A stretch of DNA of 63,693 bases, filler included, from Chiloscyllium plagiosum (lineage: Eukaryota), in assembly GCF_004010195.1 (NCBI RefSeq). It is 4 parts of one record of this genome, joined end to end, with 100 filler letters (N's around TTAATTAATTAA, not from the genome) between each part and the next. Parts side by side here need not be neighbours in the genome. Positions count along the whole stretch, not along the records: positions 57,396 to 63,693 come from NC_057714.1; 3 more parts are not named here. One strand, given 5' to 3'. The notes below the pieces were generated by a model, which saw only the letters and a program-made list of their open reading frames with translations, had not been told where the DNA came from and ran no database searches. The position numbers and the translations under genes were made by a program. Of the stretch, positions 63,011 through 63,693 are shown piece by piece; positions within the stretch are counted from its first letter, which is position 1; every line of letters begins with the position of its first letter.

Positions 63011-63186
63011 GGTCAGACAGCATCCAAGGAGCAGGAGTATCGATGTTTCGGGCATAAGCGCTTCTTCAGGAATTATGCCCGAAACGTCGATTCTCCTGCT
63101 CCTTGGATGCTGCCTGACCTGCTGCGCTTTTCCAGCAACACATTTTTCAGGTCTGATCTCCAGCATCTGCAGTCCTCACTTTCTCC
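63011..63186. mobile_element. Family-A fold-back insertion
   Basis: Inverted arms meet near 63072; perfect 15-bp target-site duplication aaattaatgacagtg (62996-63010 / 63187-63201). Confidence 0.9.
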
Positions 63187-63693
63187 AAATTAATGACAGT
63201 GTTTGATTCTGACCCTAAAACGAAACTCGGTCCTATCAAAGGCTTTGAATTTATGGTTGGATCTTGTCCACTATAATGGATTCTTATTACCCCTTGCAAG
63301 CGGGGCAGACACAGAGAAAAAGAAAATCTTTGCTGTTACAAAACCCTGACTTGAGAGTTCAAAAGGACGCTAGAGAGAGAGAGAGACCGTTTTAGTGCTG
63401 AGGCTGTTGGAGCTAGTAGAAAATTAACGCTTAGTGCTTATCTGCTTTGGATTGAATTTAATTACATTTTGGGACTTTATGATGATATTGAGTAGCCATC
63501 ACCAGTTATTAAATACAAACTCTGTAAAAGGTAATGTTGATTAAGCTTTAACTTGCTGTTCTTACAGACTGCTCTACAGACCTTACAGACTGCCCTACTG
63601 TCAATTCTAATAGTCAGATCTAATGTCTTATTTGAATTTGAATCGCGACCTTGAAAAGAAGGCATGTTTAATTTGAGACTAATTAATCATTTT

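Overview
Vertebrate, repeat-dense genomic DNA, inferred to be shark from HE1-type SINEs and HER1/CR1-type LINEs. It is a draft scaffold with three 100-bp linker gaps (N44-TTAATTAATTAA-N44), one 500-N gap and smaller gaps. Most ORFs in the track are fragments of CR1-clade LINEs, a second CR1/L2-group LINE, or Penelope-like elements (PLEs). Host-gene signal: an intact plectin-isoform-1-type S10-domain first exon on the minus strand (6769-7228), a phase-compatible chain of plus-strand candidate exons (20.2-29.9 kb), a candidate start exon plus a plectin-exon-2-like CH-domain exon on the plus strand (40.5 and 44.3 kb), and plakin spectrin-repeat-like exons on the minus strand (54.2-54.6 kb, possibly 58.6 kb). 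These may be one divergent, partly disabled plectin-like plakin gene whose contigs are misoriented. The most striking non-coding structure is a dense set of minimal type-I hammerhead ribozyme motifs in about four PLE terminal-repeat families. Several occur as fold-back insertions with target-site duplications and inversion points at the ribozyme edge. Two different minisatellites (33-bp and 70-bp units) also share a 25-nt hairpin core. All calls were made by eye without database searches; repeat boundaries are approximate.
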